A stretch of DNA of 64,000 nt, taken from the NCBI GenBank assembly GCA_030265395.1, contig JARFYF010000022.1, forward strand, positions 44,265,924-44,329,923. Reading direction: 5' to 3'. Shown here in pieces: positions 25,501 through 36,400 of the stretch. Position numbers and translations under genes: made by a program. Under the pieces are notes generated by a model. It was not told where the DNA came from, ran no database searches, and saw nothing but the letters and a program-made list of their open reading frames with translations. Source of the DNA: Rhina ancylostomus (lineage: Eukaryota). How positions within the stretch are numbered: position 1 is the first letter of the stretch; every line of letters starts with the position of its first letter.

Positions 25501-28500
25501 CATTCCACTGTGAGTGGGTTTTCGTTGATCATCTAACTTATTGCAGGCAGTTTGGTCAGAGATGTGTTTCTGTAAGATACGACCCTAAATTGTGACCTCC
25601 CTGCAGGTGTTCCTGTGGATTTTGCAGTCTATGGTGATGTACACTTGGTGGCAGTTATGCTGAAGACCTTTCTTCGCGAATTACCTGAACCTCTGCTGAC
25701 CTATGACCTGTACAACCAAGTGGTTTCATTTGGGAGTAAGTTGCACTCTTCAGTCAACATTTGGAATTGTTCTTTATTGCATCTTGCTCCTATTTGAATT
25801 GGAATTTTCCAAAAATCATCTTCGTCTTGCAAGATCTGGTAAACTTCCATTTCAAGGACTCCCATCTATGATGAAAGCAAAGAATTACTTGGGACCCTAG
25901 TTAGGTTTGACTCATGAAATTGTCCTCAGATAAATCTAAGCTTTGTTCAGTTGATTAATTATCACCCCTTACTGATGGTCACAAAGTGATCCACAGTTTT
26001 GCTCTGCTTCCCCACCTCTAAATAGAAACACTTCTCTGTCTGGCCTATTGAACCTTTTTTTATCATCTTTTTAAAAACCTGTGAGGTCTCTCCATAACTT
26101 ACTTTATTTTAAGAAAGCTTGTTCAGTCCTTCCTCGTGAGGGTCAGGGCAAATATTAACCAACTGACCACAGCTCAAAAGAACCCTGGGAGCTATCTTTG
26201 AGAATGAGGTAGCAGGGCTACAGGGAATAACGGGAGGAGGAGAACAGCTGATGGGATTGCTCTGCTGGGAACTAACGGGGATTCGATGGGTCACGTGGCT
26301 TCCTTTGTCATAATAAGAAAGGGTGCCGTGAATTAATGCTGAGACAATTAAGAACAATTTAGAGCGAGATCCACTTTCCACTGTGCCTAGTCTGGGAGTA
26401 CTTGCTGGTGTACCTGAAATGGAAGGCTGGCATTTTCAATGTCAAGCATTTCACTAAAAATCATGGCCTCGACATCAATTTCTCTAACTTGCAGCACCCC
26501 CTCGCCTCNNNNNNNNNNNNNNNNNNNNNNNNNNNNNNNNNNNNNNNNNNNNNNNNNNNNNNNNNNNNNNNNNNNNNNNNNNNNNNNNNNNNNNNNNNNN
26601 NNNNNNNNTCTCTCTCACACACACACACAGTCTCTCTCTCTCTCTCACACACACAGTCTCTCTCTCTCTCTCACACACACTCTCTCTCACACACACACAC
26701 ATATTCTCTTTCTCTGACACACACACCCTCTCTCTTTCTCTCTCACACACACCCTAAATCTCTCCTACCATGATAGTTCCAGGTGGGAAGGAGTTGTGTT
26801 ATGAGGAAAGATTAAGAAGACTTGGACAATACTTTCTGGAATTTAGAAGAATGAGAAATGATTTTATTGTAGCAAGATTCTCTGATGGCTGGTAGGGCAG
26901 ATGTTCCCTTGTCAGTGAATCCAGAATTGGAATAAAGTATTAATGCTATTCTTCAGCATGTAACTGCTGTAAACAGGATGCATGCTCATTGTTAAATGGA
27001 TAATTGACTGCAGGAAACAGCATCTTGATGACCTCTCAGATGCCCCCAACGACGTCTCCTGACAACTGAATGCACAGGGTCCAGCTCTTCATTACAAAGC
27101 AACTCAATTTAAAATGCTGAGCATGTGCAAAAGCATTGAGATTTTCCTCCTCCTGTGTTACCTTGGCTGTGGCCTCTTTCAGTTTGGATCATTGAAATCA
27201 TAGTCATGGGCCACAGACACATAGCAAGACAAGGTGAGAGGATCAGTGAACAAAAGCAATTTCAATAGTTTAGGTTCCTTTCTAAACCCTGTCATTCCTC
27301 AAACTCGGAGAGCCGCACTTGAGGGGTGTGTGGGTCATGCCTTCCTAAAACCTTTCCTGTGTGTCGGTAGGTAATCTACCAGTATATAACAGTGGCGCCA
27401 GACAGAGCTTCTACCTTAACCTTTCAACCGAAATTTAACACTGCTGCTGCTCCTAATTAATATATTATGATTCTATGAAAAGCATCAAATTCAGGAGTCA
27501 AATCCATTTTTGTTTAATTCACTTTCAGATGCAAGGGAGTAATTTTGTCCTACAGATCAGTGTTTTGCTTTGTAGATGAAACTTCAACAAACTCTGCAAA
27601 TATTTCACAACATGTTTCCTACATTACAGCAGTGACTGGCTTTGGGGTCTCCTGAGCTGCGAGGTACTTTATATACATGGACATCTTTCCTCTTTTTAAG
27701 TATTATCACTCTCTCTGGGATTCCTGTAAATGTTTTCACAAATCTGGGGGCCCAGTGCAAATATTAACACACTCTTGGAGATTTCCAAGTATTAGGTAAA
27801 TTCTAGAGGCCTCCTGCAAATATTTAAAGACTTCAATGAACCCCTGTAAACATTAATAAGACTCCTTGGGATTCTTTGCAGATGCAAGCACACTTTGAGA
27901 GACCCCATGGTAACATTAGCACAGTCCTAAGGACCATTTGCAAATATTATCATACTCCTAGGGATGCTTTGTAAATAATGACCTGTTCCTGCAAAACCCC
28001 CATGAACAAACCCTTAAGGAACACCAAAGGTTCCGACACTTTGCTGGGGAAGCCCAGTCCCAATTCTTGGAAGCAAGGAGGGAAATTTGTCAAATACAAT
28101 TCCCCTTTCATAAAACCATGCTGACTCTGCTTCATTAATTTTCTAAATGCCTTGCTATTACCTCCTTAATAATGGATTACAGCAGTTTACAAGTGATAGC
28201 TATCAGTCTAACTGGCCTATTCTTTCCTGCTGCAACAAACAAGATAATGGAGGAACTCAGAAAGTCAGGCAGCATCTGTGGAGGGAAATGGGCAGTCGAC
28301 ATTTCGGCTTGAGACCCTTCATCTCAACAGTCCAGGTGAAGCGTCTCGACCCAAAATGTCGACAGCCCATTTCCCTCCATAGATGCTGCCTGACCTGCTG
28401 AGTTCCTCCAGCATTTTGTGTGTTGCTCCAGATTCCAGTATCTGCAGAATCTCTTGTCTCCATTTCACTGAAAATGTTGTTTTAAATAATTTTTGCAGTA

Positions 28501-31500
28501 TATTTCAAATGCTGCCTTCATTCCTCAGCCAAATTGAAACTGCTACATTTCAGAAATGATCTGTTTTAAAATTTTTACACAAATATTACTTCAACTAATG
28601 AGAATGGTCCAAAACTAAAACAACAGCTCAGTCACGGAACAGTAACTCCTCAAAGTGCAGTGACAGTAAAGCTAGTCATGGTGAAGGTGTCTGCTGGTGA
28701 CTGTCAGCACACTGGGAGGTGGGAAGGGGACCCTGCCCCAGAGCCAGCTGTCTGCACCCTCACAAGCTTAATTTCCGTGCTGCAGTGTGGGGACGTAACG
28801 TCCCTTTTCCTGAAGCAGCTCCGTCTCAGTGGAGCAATCAACCGGAACCTCTCAGCCTCAGGCTTGTCTGGCTGAAGCCAATTAGCTTCATTCCTGTAGC
28901 TAAAGGTTGGTGTGCACTGAGTGGGGAAGTAAGAAACTGCGATATTTTAAAAATGTATTGCTCCCAAAAACCTTTTTCTCTGTGGTCTTGGATCAGCAGC
29001 AGCAAACATCTCTAAAGCTCCGGTTAGCTGCTTAATGAATTTACTGCTGCCAATTGGAACACAGTAACAGGATTTGGCCAGGACGATATCATCCTCTGCT
29101 ATTACTGTGAATGGGAAGATGCTTTCATTTTCTAACTCCCACTGTAAGCACAGTTTTGATCTGCCACGGAAAATGGTAAACAACATTTCATCATTAGGTG
29201 GGTGCATCCTGGTGAATTGCCATTGTCTTATGTGATCTTCATTGAATCCAATGGTATTTGCATTCTTGTGCCCGCTGTAGTTAGGTTGTGTACATCTTTT
29301 GTGTAACCATTTCCCTTTCTCTCACTGATTTTCAGAAGTGCCAGTAAGTAACCAAGCAGAAACCATCGCGAAGATGATTCAGACACTGCCTAAGGATAAC
29401 TTTGTGGTGCTGCAATACCTGTTGAACTTGCTGCGATTGGTAAGATGGTGGCCTTATCATCCAGTGTTTAACTGTGCCAAGTTAGCTGATTGGTGGCACT
29501 ACTGCCTACAGTTCTCCTGCACTGGGTTTATTGTGAGTTTGGGTTTGAGATTTGTTTTGTGTAGCAGTGCAGACCTTTTCTCCATTGGCAGTCCCATAGA
29601 ATTGAGGGTGACTTGCTTTCACTCTTGTCCTGAGGAGTGGACGATGCCTGTGAATGAATCCTTTGAATGTGAAAAGGCCATTGCGCAGCGGCTGCTACAC
29701 GTGGCAGTGTGAAGTCTTGGTCCATTGGCCAGGAGGACCAAGACAATTGGAGACCAGACTTTGCTGCACAGACTTGGTACACGTGTATTTGTTGACAGGC
29801 ATAATCATATAGCGCACTCATAAGTAAACCCTCTACGCATGCACAGTCTTGCCACACTCTCTTCCTCAGCACCCTCCCTGATCTCAGTCACCCTACCTCT
29901 GCCTCCTCAATCCACACCCCCCCTCACCAAACTTCACTCTACACAGTGTTTTCAGGTGTTAGGAATGTCATTCTCCTCTCTCACCGATCACTCACCCCCT
30001 ATACTATCTTGTTCATTTGTAAGGAATAGTCGAGAAGCAAAGCAGTGTCATTGATTAAAATATTCAAAACAAAAATTGAGCCTTGTACTTTCCAAAATTC
30101 AGTGGTCTAAGTGTGCAAACCTTTACAAAATCAACATAAATAGTGGCATCATTATAAAAACAGGCATTATATTCCAGGAGCTGCTTTGTATTTGAAACCA
30201 TTAATTATATAGTAAGCGGTTGTTATGCTAATTCTACTAAATATTTACCTCACACTTGTACTGGTTTCAAGATGCACCTTGTAGTCTTTTGAGAAAATAA
30301 CTTTTGCTGAGTCTTGCTCAACACATTCACACTTGCACCAGAATTATTGCTGTGATCTCCAACCCCTCATCAGAATGAGGCATATTTAATCACATCCTCA
30401 GAATGCTGACAAAGTGAAAGGCTGATTGTAGCAAGTTGGGAACAATTTTAGCACCATTAGCACTATAGAACAATTCAACACTTTGTTCATATAAAGTATG
30501 GTCAGACAACTGACAAATAGTTACACTTCACAAGTTGAACTTCTGGAAAAACGTAGTTGCAAAAAATGTAGATGACACCAAAATGAAAATTTGCCAACAC
30601 TGGAGAATTGCAGTAGGCCATGAATTGTGTCAGAGAATGGAGCTACAAGTGTTGGATTTTACATTTTGGAAAGAAAACTAAGGTTGTTTGCAAGCATACA
30701 GATAGGAGTTCTAAGATGCCAAAGAATAGATGGTCCAAGGAGTCCAGGCACACACATGACACTATTAGTAGTGATGCAGATTAACGAGACCATTAGGGGG
30801 AAAACGAATNNNNNNNNNNNNNNNNNNNNNNNNNNNNNNNNNNNNNNNNNNNNNNNNNTGAACTTATTGAACCTTGCTGGAAACAAACTAATGCATGCAG
30901 TTTTGGTCACCAAATTATAAAATGACGTGGCGGCACTGGGCTCATAGACTGATGAACTGCGACGGGAAAAGATGACAGACTGAACTTCAGAATTATGAAA
31001 AGCTTGGTTAGCGTACAAAGGGAAGATCAAAACTTGAATCCATACATTTATGATTCGAAAGAAAGATTTGACTTTTTATGTGGCTTTCATAGTCTCGAGC
31101 TACAGTCGACAGTGGAGATCTACTCACTGTTGCAGTACAGGACAAGTAGCAAACTTGCATAAACTGCAATGTAATGACCATGCAGTCTCCTTTAATAATA
31201 CAGTTTGAGGGATAATTATTGGCCTTGTGGTCAAATGGTACTTGGATGTGTACTAGAAGACCTGTGATGTGTAGGCCTATGAACACAGTGTTGGGTAGCT
31301 CTCTTTGAAGTGGTGTGGATGTGGGCTAAACATCCTGTTTCTTTGTTGTAACCCTCCTGTGACCCGTACAGCCCTTTGCAATCCCTGCGTTCTCTGGAGG
31401 AAGTTAAGATGGGAACAGGGGTCATGGAGGGATTTGAACCTGGGAATAAGAGCTTTAAATTCAAGTATGACTGGTATAGGTGCTCAAGTGCAGGGTTATT

Positions 31501-33442
31501 GAGTAAGTGAGACATTGTATGAGTTGGGATTTGGGCGGCAGAGTTTTGGATGGTGTAAAATGGGAGCCCAGCCAGGAGACTGTTGGAATAATGAAGTTGA
31601 GAAGGGACACAGCCTGGGGTTTGGAGTTGGGCAGTGTTGCGTTTTAATTGTGGTGAGGGTTTCTGCCTCTTTCTTTCATACAGTGGATCCAGTAGGTGAA
31701 AAATCTTTACTCTTTTCCCCTCCACTTCTAGTTACTTCATGATTTCTGGTTTTAAGGGAAGCAAGCCTTCTTTTAANNNNNNNNNNNNNNNNNNNNNNNN
31801 NNNNNNNNNNNNNNNNNNNNNNNNTTTTTTGCTTTTAGTCACAATTTTCCAGCCCTGGCAACATCTTCGTAAGTATAGGCTGACTTTGTGCCTACATAGT
31901 ACCACAGTTGTCACGTGACTGGAGCTACAGTGTCTGGAAATGCAATTGATTTTCCTTCAGGTCGTGCACATGAGTGAAGGGAGTCCTTAGCATTTGCATC
32001 TGGGATTAGCTGCGGACTTGGGGGTTGGTAGAAAAATGAACACAATTCTTTGATAAGTCAAAGTTGCAAGACACCTTGCCTCTTTCTGTGAGCTTCAAGT
32101 CATCACTGTCTTTCTTTGCACATGGCCCCTTGGGATCAAGGATGAATCGCTCCGGTTCTCTGGGCTGAGATGTAACTAGTGAGGACAATGTAGTGTTACG
32201 TACTAGCAACAACAGAACACACCAAATCATGTATAAGTGTTAGAAACTATCTTATTAATAACTACTTATGATAATAAGAAAAGTAAAAATGTTAGATATT
32301 AAACATTAACCCTAAAACTAAACTTGAAGTGTGTGTGTGGCAAATTCCCAAACCCTAAGTCTAGGAATAGTTCTCAAAGTTCAGTTCAGCAAGTCATCAG
32401 GTGAAACATGAGCAAAAGCTTTTGCAAAACTACTATTGACTGAAGAGAAAATGTAGAGAGAGAATAGTGAGAAATTACAAAATCCACATGTTCCACGAAG
32501 GAACCCATACAACACCTCAATCACTGATGACCTCCACTGCTTTGTTACGAAGTATCTGCCACCCCAAAGGCATTCGATATGGCTGCCCACACAAATACCT
32601 GTTTCCCTCTACAGGTTAACGACAAAGTGGACTCCACTTGTTTGCTCCAAAAATCCATATGTGGATTGTATGTGACAGTCACAGCTTATTGTTCTTCATT
32701 CATTGTTATGAAGACCAGCAGTCAGTCGCGCTGTCTCTCGCTCTCTCTTCCCCCGCCTCCCCCCCCCCCCCCCCACCGACTCACTTTGAATCCCTGAGTA
32801 AAACAGCCAGCACATTGTCACAGCAGCAAGAAGATAACAACACCACACACAAACACTACCATAAGTCCAGGTGCCTTAAAGGGACATTCACCAAATNNNN
32901 NNNNNNNNNNNNNNNNNNNNNNNNNNNNNNNNNNNNNNNNNNNNNNNNNNNNNNNNNNNNNNNNNNNNNNNNNNNNNNNNNNNNNNNNNNNNNNNNATAA
33001 CAACACCACACACAAACACTACCATAAGTCCAGGTGCCTTAAAGGGACATTCACCAAATAGCAACCTGGCTCGTAACAGTCGGAACTTCCACAGATGGGC
33101 CGGGTGAGTGGGACCCTGAGGCATAGTCCAGTGGCAGAAGCAAAGTGAACTCGAGGGGTTTTAAGTAATTCCCACTGAAAGAGCAAAGTCCGTCCCAGAT
33201 GTCTGATTTATTAACGTGACTGCATTGTGTTTCCTGTCTGCTTCCAGGTCGCTGACAACAGTGAACTGAATAAAATGACGCCATCCAACCTGGCTCTGGT
33301 GTTTGGGCCCACACTCATGTGGGCAAAGGATGCTGCAATTTCACTCAGTGCCATCAACCCCATTAATTACTTTGTTCAATCGCTCTTGGAAAATTATCAT
33401 GAGATATTTTCAGCCTCTTCTGAAAAAGCTTTAATGTCTTAA
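2319..33442 (+). CDS. ARHGAP1: Rho GTPase-activating protein 1-like (BCH/Sec14 + RhoGAP), whole spliced CDS, 12 coding exons, 443 aa
   Basis: Exon lengths 151+99+88+132+87+99+93+77+78+129+104+195 = 1332 nt, all GT-AG with matching phases. Motifs [66 protein letters not shown] and [16 protein letters not shown] match p50RhoGAP/ARHGAP1. ARHGAP8 is not fully excluded. Confidence 0.85.
2635..3368 (-). mobile_element. Penelope-like retroelement 3' part: degenerate GIY-YIG endonuclease plus terminal repeat (pLTR), interrupted by N gap 2749-3174
   Basis: Minus-strand frameshifted peptides CNLLCISET / [21 protein letters not shown] / [25 protein letters not shown]; terminal repeat 2635-2748 is shared with 28248-28460. 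Confidence 0.75.
3835..4030 (+). mobile_element. LINE 3' end remnant (Rex/Babar-like)
   Basis: atcggatttctgaacagtccatgaa...cactgtactgctgccacaa...atttcacatcatatatgtcag; same tail family as 50325-50405. Confidence 0.5.
4445..4835 (+). mobile_element. SacSINE1/Deu-domain SINE, near full length, diverged
   Basis: Collinear blocks gatgttaaa...gatcccatagcactat...aatatttatcc...aacatcattaaaatagattatc...attatcacattg and tail ggcgctgcataaa. Confidence 0.65.
6075..6400 (-). mobile_element. RTE-clade LINE 3' fragment
   Basis: Minus strand encodes DVLKASLK; tail gaagcaagtcgttcttgatccaaggaactgcc; related copy at ~47000-47200. Confidence 0.6.
6460..6575 (+). mobile_element. RTE-like AP-endonuclease fragment (degenerate)
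   Basis: Frameshifted ETR..GQFNEQG..YTFW..LHGVDFA-like peptide. Confidence 0.4.
7203..7550 (-). mobile_element. HE1/V-SINE-like tRNA-derived SINE, diverged
   Basis: Reverse complement has ggcacactggcgcagc head, tttgcacattttccccat V-domain and ggttaattgggt. Confidence 0.6.
8619..8717 (+). CDS. ARHGAP1: RhoGAP coding exon 2 ([32 protein letters not shown])
   Basis: ttaaccag| acceptor, cag|gtgggt donor, 99 nt, phase 1-1. Confidence 0.9.
9350..9442 (-). mobile_element. SINE 3' tail fragment with (TTAAA)n
   Basis: Reverse complement matches 13850-13912 (ttgttgggccggaagggcct). Confidence 0.6.
9956..10043 (+). CDS. ARHGAP1: RhoGAP coding exon 3 ([28 protein letters not shown]), BCH domain
   Basis: cctacag| acceptor, ca|gtgagt donor, 88 nt. 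Confidence 0.93.
11839..11970 (+). CDS. ARHGAP1: RhoGAP coding exon 4 ([14 protein letters not shown]...YREFDR), BCH domain
   Basis: cactag| acceptor, aa|gtaagt donor, 132 nt. Confidence 0.94.
13331..13550 (+). mobile_element. CR1 LINE 3' end
   Basis: Encodes NVFTQQVV...[22 protein letters not shown]; tail ctgtaaccattctatgatt. Confidence 0.7.
13683..13914 (+). mobile_element. HE1/V-SINE-like SINE
   Basis: A-box-like tagcatagtggttagc, B-box-like ggttaaattcc (13730-13740), V-domain ttctccccgtgactgcatgggtttcttctgggtgctccggttt, CR1-type tail. Confidence 0.8.
14815..14901 (+). CDS. ARHGAP1: RhoGAP coding exon 5 ([28 protein letters not shown])
   Basis: acacag| acceptor, ag|gtcagt donor, 87 nt. 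Confidence 0.94.
15424..15840 (-). mobile_element. CR1 LINE 3' fragment
   Basis: ataggagaagaagtaggccactcagccc...aagatcacccctcattctactaaactcc; homologous to 24576-24900. Confidence 0.75.
16132..16230 (+). CDS. ARHGAP1: RhoGAP coding exon 6 ([32 protein letters not shown])
   Basis: Long pyrimidine tract and ttccag| acceptor, aa|gtaagt donor, 99 nt. Confidence 0.93.
17440..17900 (-). mobile_element. L2-like LINE fragment, very degenerate
   Basis: Nucleotide resemblance to the L2 ORF2 C-terminal region also seen at 31380-31620. Confidence 0.35.
18633..18760. mobile_element. Internally deleted, inverted Penelope pLTR-derived element
   Basis: gactgcagatgttggaatct joined to gaaacgttgac...gatgctgcttggcctgctgagttcctccagcat. 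Confidence 0.6.
19031..19123 (+). CDS. ARHGAP1: RhoGAP coding exon 7 ([30 protein letters not shown]), linker
   Basis: ttttttag| acceptor, ac|gtaagt donor, 93 nt; QQFG motif that precedes the GAP domain. Confidence 0.9.
19628..19704 (+). CDS. ARHGAP1: RhoGAP coding exon 8 ([25 protein letters not shown])
   Basis: attcag| acceptor, g|gtaagt donor, 77 nt. Confidence 0.92.
20045..20122 (+). CDS. ARHGAP1: RhoGAP coding exon 9 ([25 protein letters not shown]), contains the arginine finger
   Basis: cctcag| acceptor, g|gtgagt donor, 78 nt; GIFR arginine codon cgc at 20068-20070. Confidence 0.94.
21946..22355 (-). mobile_element. Solo LTR, 410 bp, 4-bp TSD TGGC
   Basis: Termini tgttggatcc / gaatccaacg, tggc on both sides, minus-strand AATAAA at 22034-22029, three CCAAT boxes. 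Confidence 0.75.
22506..22562. repeat. (GT)n microsatellite
   Basis: Uninterrupted tg run visible in the sequence. Confidence 0.97.
24576..24900 (-). mobile_element. CR1 LINE 3' fragment
   Basis: Collinear with 15424-15745 (ttcaatatgatcat...gactctcccactagtgga). Confidence 0.75.
25607..25735 (+). CDS. ARHGAP1: RhoGAP coding exon 10 ([42 protein letters not shown])
   Basis: ctgcag| acceptor, a|gtaagt donor, 129 nt. Confidence 0.95.
26609..26752. repeat. Compound (CT)n/(CA)n microsatellite next to a gap
   Basis: Visible in the sequence. Confidence 0.95.
27716..27980. repeat. Degenerate minisatellite, ~30-bp period
   Basis: Recurring gg(a)ccc..tg(c/t)aaa(t/c)att..cacactc units. Confidence 0.55.
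28248..28460. mobile_element. Palindromic Penelope pLTR-derived element with two degenerate hammerhead-like cores
   Basis: 28248-28322 is an imperfect inverted repeat of 28336-28410; same family as 2635-2748. Confidence 0.75.
29336..29439 (+). CDS. ARHGAP1: RhoGAP coding exon 11 ([34 protein letters not shown])
   Basis: tttcag| acceptor, ttg|gtaaga donor, 104 nt. Confidence 0.93.
31380..31620 (-). mobile_element. L2-clade LINE ORF2 C-terminal fragment
   Basis: ORF 31231..31725 contains [20 protein letters not shown], typical of L2 (LDYSN.LL.GLP...QN.AAR). Confidence 0.7.
32194..33078. mobile_element. Solo LTR-like insertion (about 720 bp after removing the gap artefact)
   Basis: Termini TGTTACG...CGTAACA; flanks gtag / gtcg form an imperfect 4-bp TSD. 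Confidence 0.65.
33248..33442 (+). CDS. ARHGAP1: RhoGAP last coding exon ([40 protein letters not shown]...ALMS*)
   Basis: ttccag| acceptor, phase 0, TAA stop ending at 33442. Confidence 0.95.
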   Translation, partial: VADNSELNKMTPSNLALVFGPTLMWAKDAAISLSAINPINYFVQSLLENYHEIFSASSEKALMS

Positions 33443-36400
33443 GCCACTGGAGTAAAAAAAATCAGGTTTCTCTTCTATAAACTTTAATGACAATGTACCC
33501 ATGTGCCGCACCGCACAGGAGAGAAATTAAAGGTGCACCCTTTCAGTCAGTTAGGGATTGCATGTCTTTATACTGCTTTGAGTGGAGTGTGTGTGCAGCA
33601 TAACTCTCCATAAACCCGGGGCTGGATTCCCTGGCTATATTCATTCATTTATTTGCCTGAGAATCAGTGTGTTGGGAATGCAGTTGGAGTGCTTGATTTT
33701 CTTTTTTCTTTCCATTGAACCTGTGCCAGAGTTCTCCTGTTTTAAATTTTGTATGTTTCTCTTTCCCACCCTCTTCAGTACTTTAAGCTTTTTAACAAAT
33801 TTTTAAAAAAATAATGGGAAGTTTGTAGCTAATTTCTATTACCTGAATATTTCTATGCTGATCACTTTGAAACCGATCGTTTTGTGGGTAATGTTCATTC
33901 TGCACCAACCTCCTGATTTTTTTTTAATACGTTGTGCAATTGTTACTGTGCCATTCTTAAATATTCTGGATTCCCTTGGGCGAGCAAAATAATGTTTTGT
34001 GTAACTATTTTGTGGTGGTACGCCCCATTTTGCTAATTCTGCAGTGCACAGGGTTTGAAACATTTTTGTATCTTTTGCACACTTTGCTGGTTCATTCAGG
34101 GAGAGGACAATCTATTCCTGTAAGTAGATTGCAGATGTAACTTTATTCTGAGGTGCATTGTGGCTCATCTAGAAATAGGTCAAAGGAAAATGTCAATGTG
34201 ANNNNNNNNNNNNNNNNNNNNNNNNNNNNNNNNNNNNNNNNNNNNNNNNNNNNNNNNNNNNNNNNNNNNNNNNNNNNNNNNNNNNNNNNNNNNNNNNNNN
34301 NAAAAGAGTTTGCTTGATCAATGCTTAAAGTTTTGATATTATAGTGGATTTATATTGTTTTGATTGGTTTAACTTTGCTCAATCTAAAGAGGGAGCCTGT
34401 TCTTCACCTTTCCATCATGATGGGAACTGGCTTGACCAGACCAGGTGAGATGAGCAAAAGGGAGTTCATGTTATCAAAATGCTGTCATTCCCTTGGGATG
34501 TTTCTGAGTGTCATGTATTTTTATCTGTGGTGTTAACTCTGCTCCATCTGCTGTCAGGTCACTTTTTTAAATAAATGGCCTGAAATGTTCCCAAACTGGG
34601 ACCCATTATATCTATTTAATTGGCAAACCACAGTAAATAGGAAATTTATAAAGAAAAACCCTATTTACGTGGTGGTAAGTGGCTATGTGTGTTCTATATA
34701 TTGTAGGATGTGACACTGATTGTACTCCTTCAATGACACAGTACTACAGATGTGAAATTACCTGGGAATACATGTTCTCACAATAATGTCTTCTGTGTTT
34801 ATTATTTTAAAAAGAGAAAAAAACATGAATCATAATTGTCTTTAATTGGTCATTGATAATGAGCTTATCTTTTTAAATATTGTGTATTTTATTGGCTTTC
34901 GTTTCTGGCCCAGTTGGTAAACTGTGGTCCTTTGTTCAAATTCATTCAAGGTACGCAACCCAGCATTTTATCCAGGAAAGCCTTTCTCAAATATAATGTG
35001 AATTGGCTGTTATTATGGCATTAACTTAAGCAATAACTGGTCTCTTTATGCAATGTAGCATATCAGTTCTACAGAAAGTCACGTCTTGCAGTAACTGCTT
35101 TTGTAAAACATTGAGGTGGAGAGAGATGTATTGTGATCCTCAAGCAGTGGACGATCAGGGTGGACAAATTTCAGGCTCTTATTTTGAAAAGAAATCTCAA
35201 GGTTTAATAGTCTGGGTTTATTGCCTTCATACTCTCAACATCATGTGACTATAATTTTTTTTGAGGAGGTGGGGGATGATTTTTTTTGTACATTTCGAAT
35301 TAATGTGTCAGTAACAGTGGGATCTTAGTGATATCTGTCCAGTTCACCATGTCCTTTCCTGGGATGTTTGCTCTCGGATCAGTGCTCCCGGACACCTGGC
35401 TTAAGTGGACATTTTTTGTGTTGCTTTGGACAATAAATTGTGGCTGACTGTTGGAATGAGGTGGCATCACAGTGCTAGATACCCAAGCACGTTTGCCAGC
35501 AAAGGTTTATGGTGCTTAGAAGTGGGAAGATGATGACTTCCCCTCAGGTGAAGGTAGTCATATAAAAACAATAGTTGAAACACGTAGTTGTAAGGAAATC
35601 TAGGAGTGATTTTCTTTTTTCCTTTTAATTTCACGTAGTTGCTATTGCTTCACCAACCCGTTCTGAGTTTGGTAACAGTTTTAAATGAACCACTATGTGT
35701 AATGTGTAAACAATCCCTATTCAGGAAATGATCTCCTGGATTTGTAATGTCCTTGCAAGACATCCTGAGGTCTCCCAATGATAGGGTTTTAAGCTCCACA
35801 TTATCTTCAGACGTTGCCATGTTCCGCACCCTCCGCAATCAGTTAGTGTGTGAGAACTGAAAAGGGAAATAAAGTATTTAGCAGGGAGTTAGTAGGGTTC
35901 AAATTTCCTCACATTAGTACGGTGCTTGACTTTCACCACTGGTTATTTAATTACTCCCCAAAAAGTGTTTATCACCTTGGCCTGACTCAGGGATATCAAT
36001 TGCCAATCAATGAAATGGAGGCTTCTTGTCTGAACCTTTGCCATGTGTAAGACAATCTTATTGAAATAAATTCCAATCAATCGTAATCATCACTCAACAT
36101 TCCCATAATGGATAGGTACATACAGGAAATGGCCTGAAACATTTTAATGCCATCATTTTTTTTGTCACTGCTACCTTTCAGAGACCAGGGACCATTTCCA
36201 GTGTCAAACCATCTCCTGCTGCCATTCTCAATCTTGATAAAACAATGGCTTGATCAAGCCGAAATCTGTATTTGGTTCATTCTTCTTTGGGGACTTTGCG
36301 GTTTGATGTTTTGTTCTCCTTGTTTGTTCAAAATTGCAGTCATTTGTCTCCAGGGAAGGCAGTCAAGTGAAAGGTGTCGCAGCTGGAGATTCAGAAATCC

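Noticed and set aside
28660-29100. Possible conserved enhancer (TAAT-rich, repeat-free)
   Set aside because: Only an impression; conservation cannot be assessed from this window.
29338-29712. 124-aa ORF as a standalone gene
   Set aside because: Only 29336-29439 is RhoGAP-like; the rest is intron read-through past a good donor.
32834-33059. Identical 63-bp repeat on both sides of a 100-N gap
   Set aside because: Exact identity around a fixed-size gap indicates an unmerged contig overlap, not a biological duplication.
2319-33442. Naming the gene ARHGAP8 from synteny alone
   Set aside because: The N-terminus, exon 8 length and the WAKDAAI..AINPIN C-terminus favour ARHGAP1; kept as an alternative in the findings.
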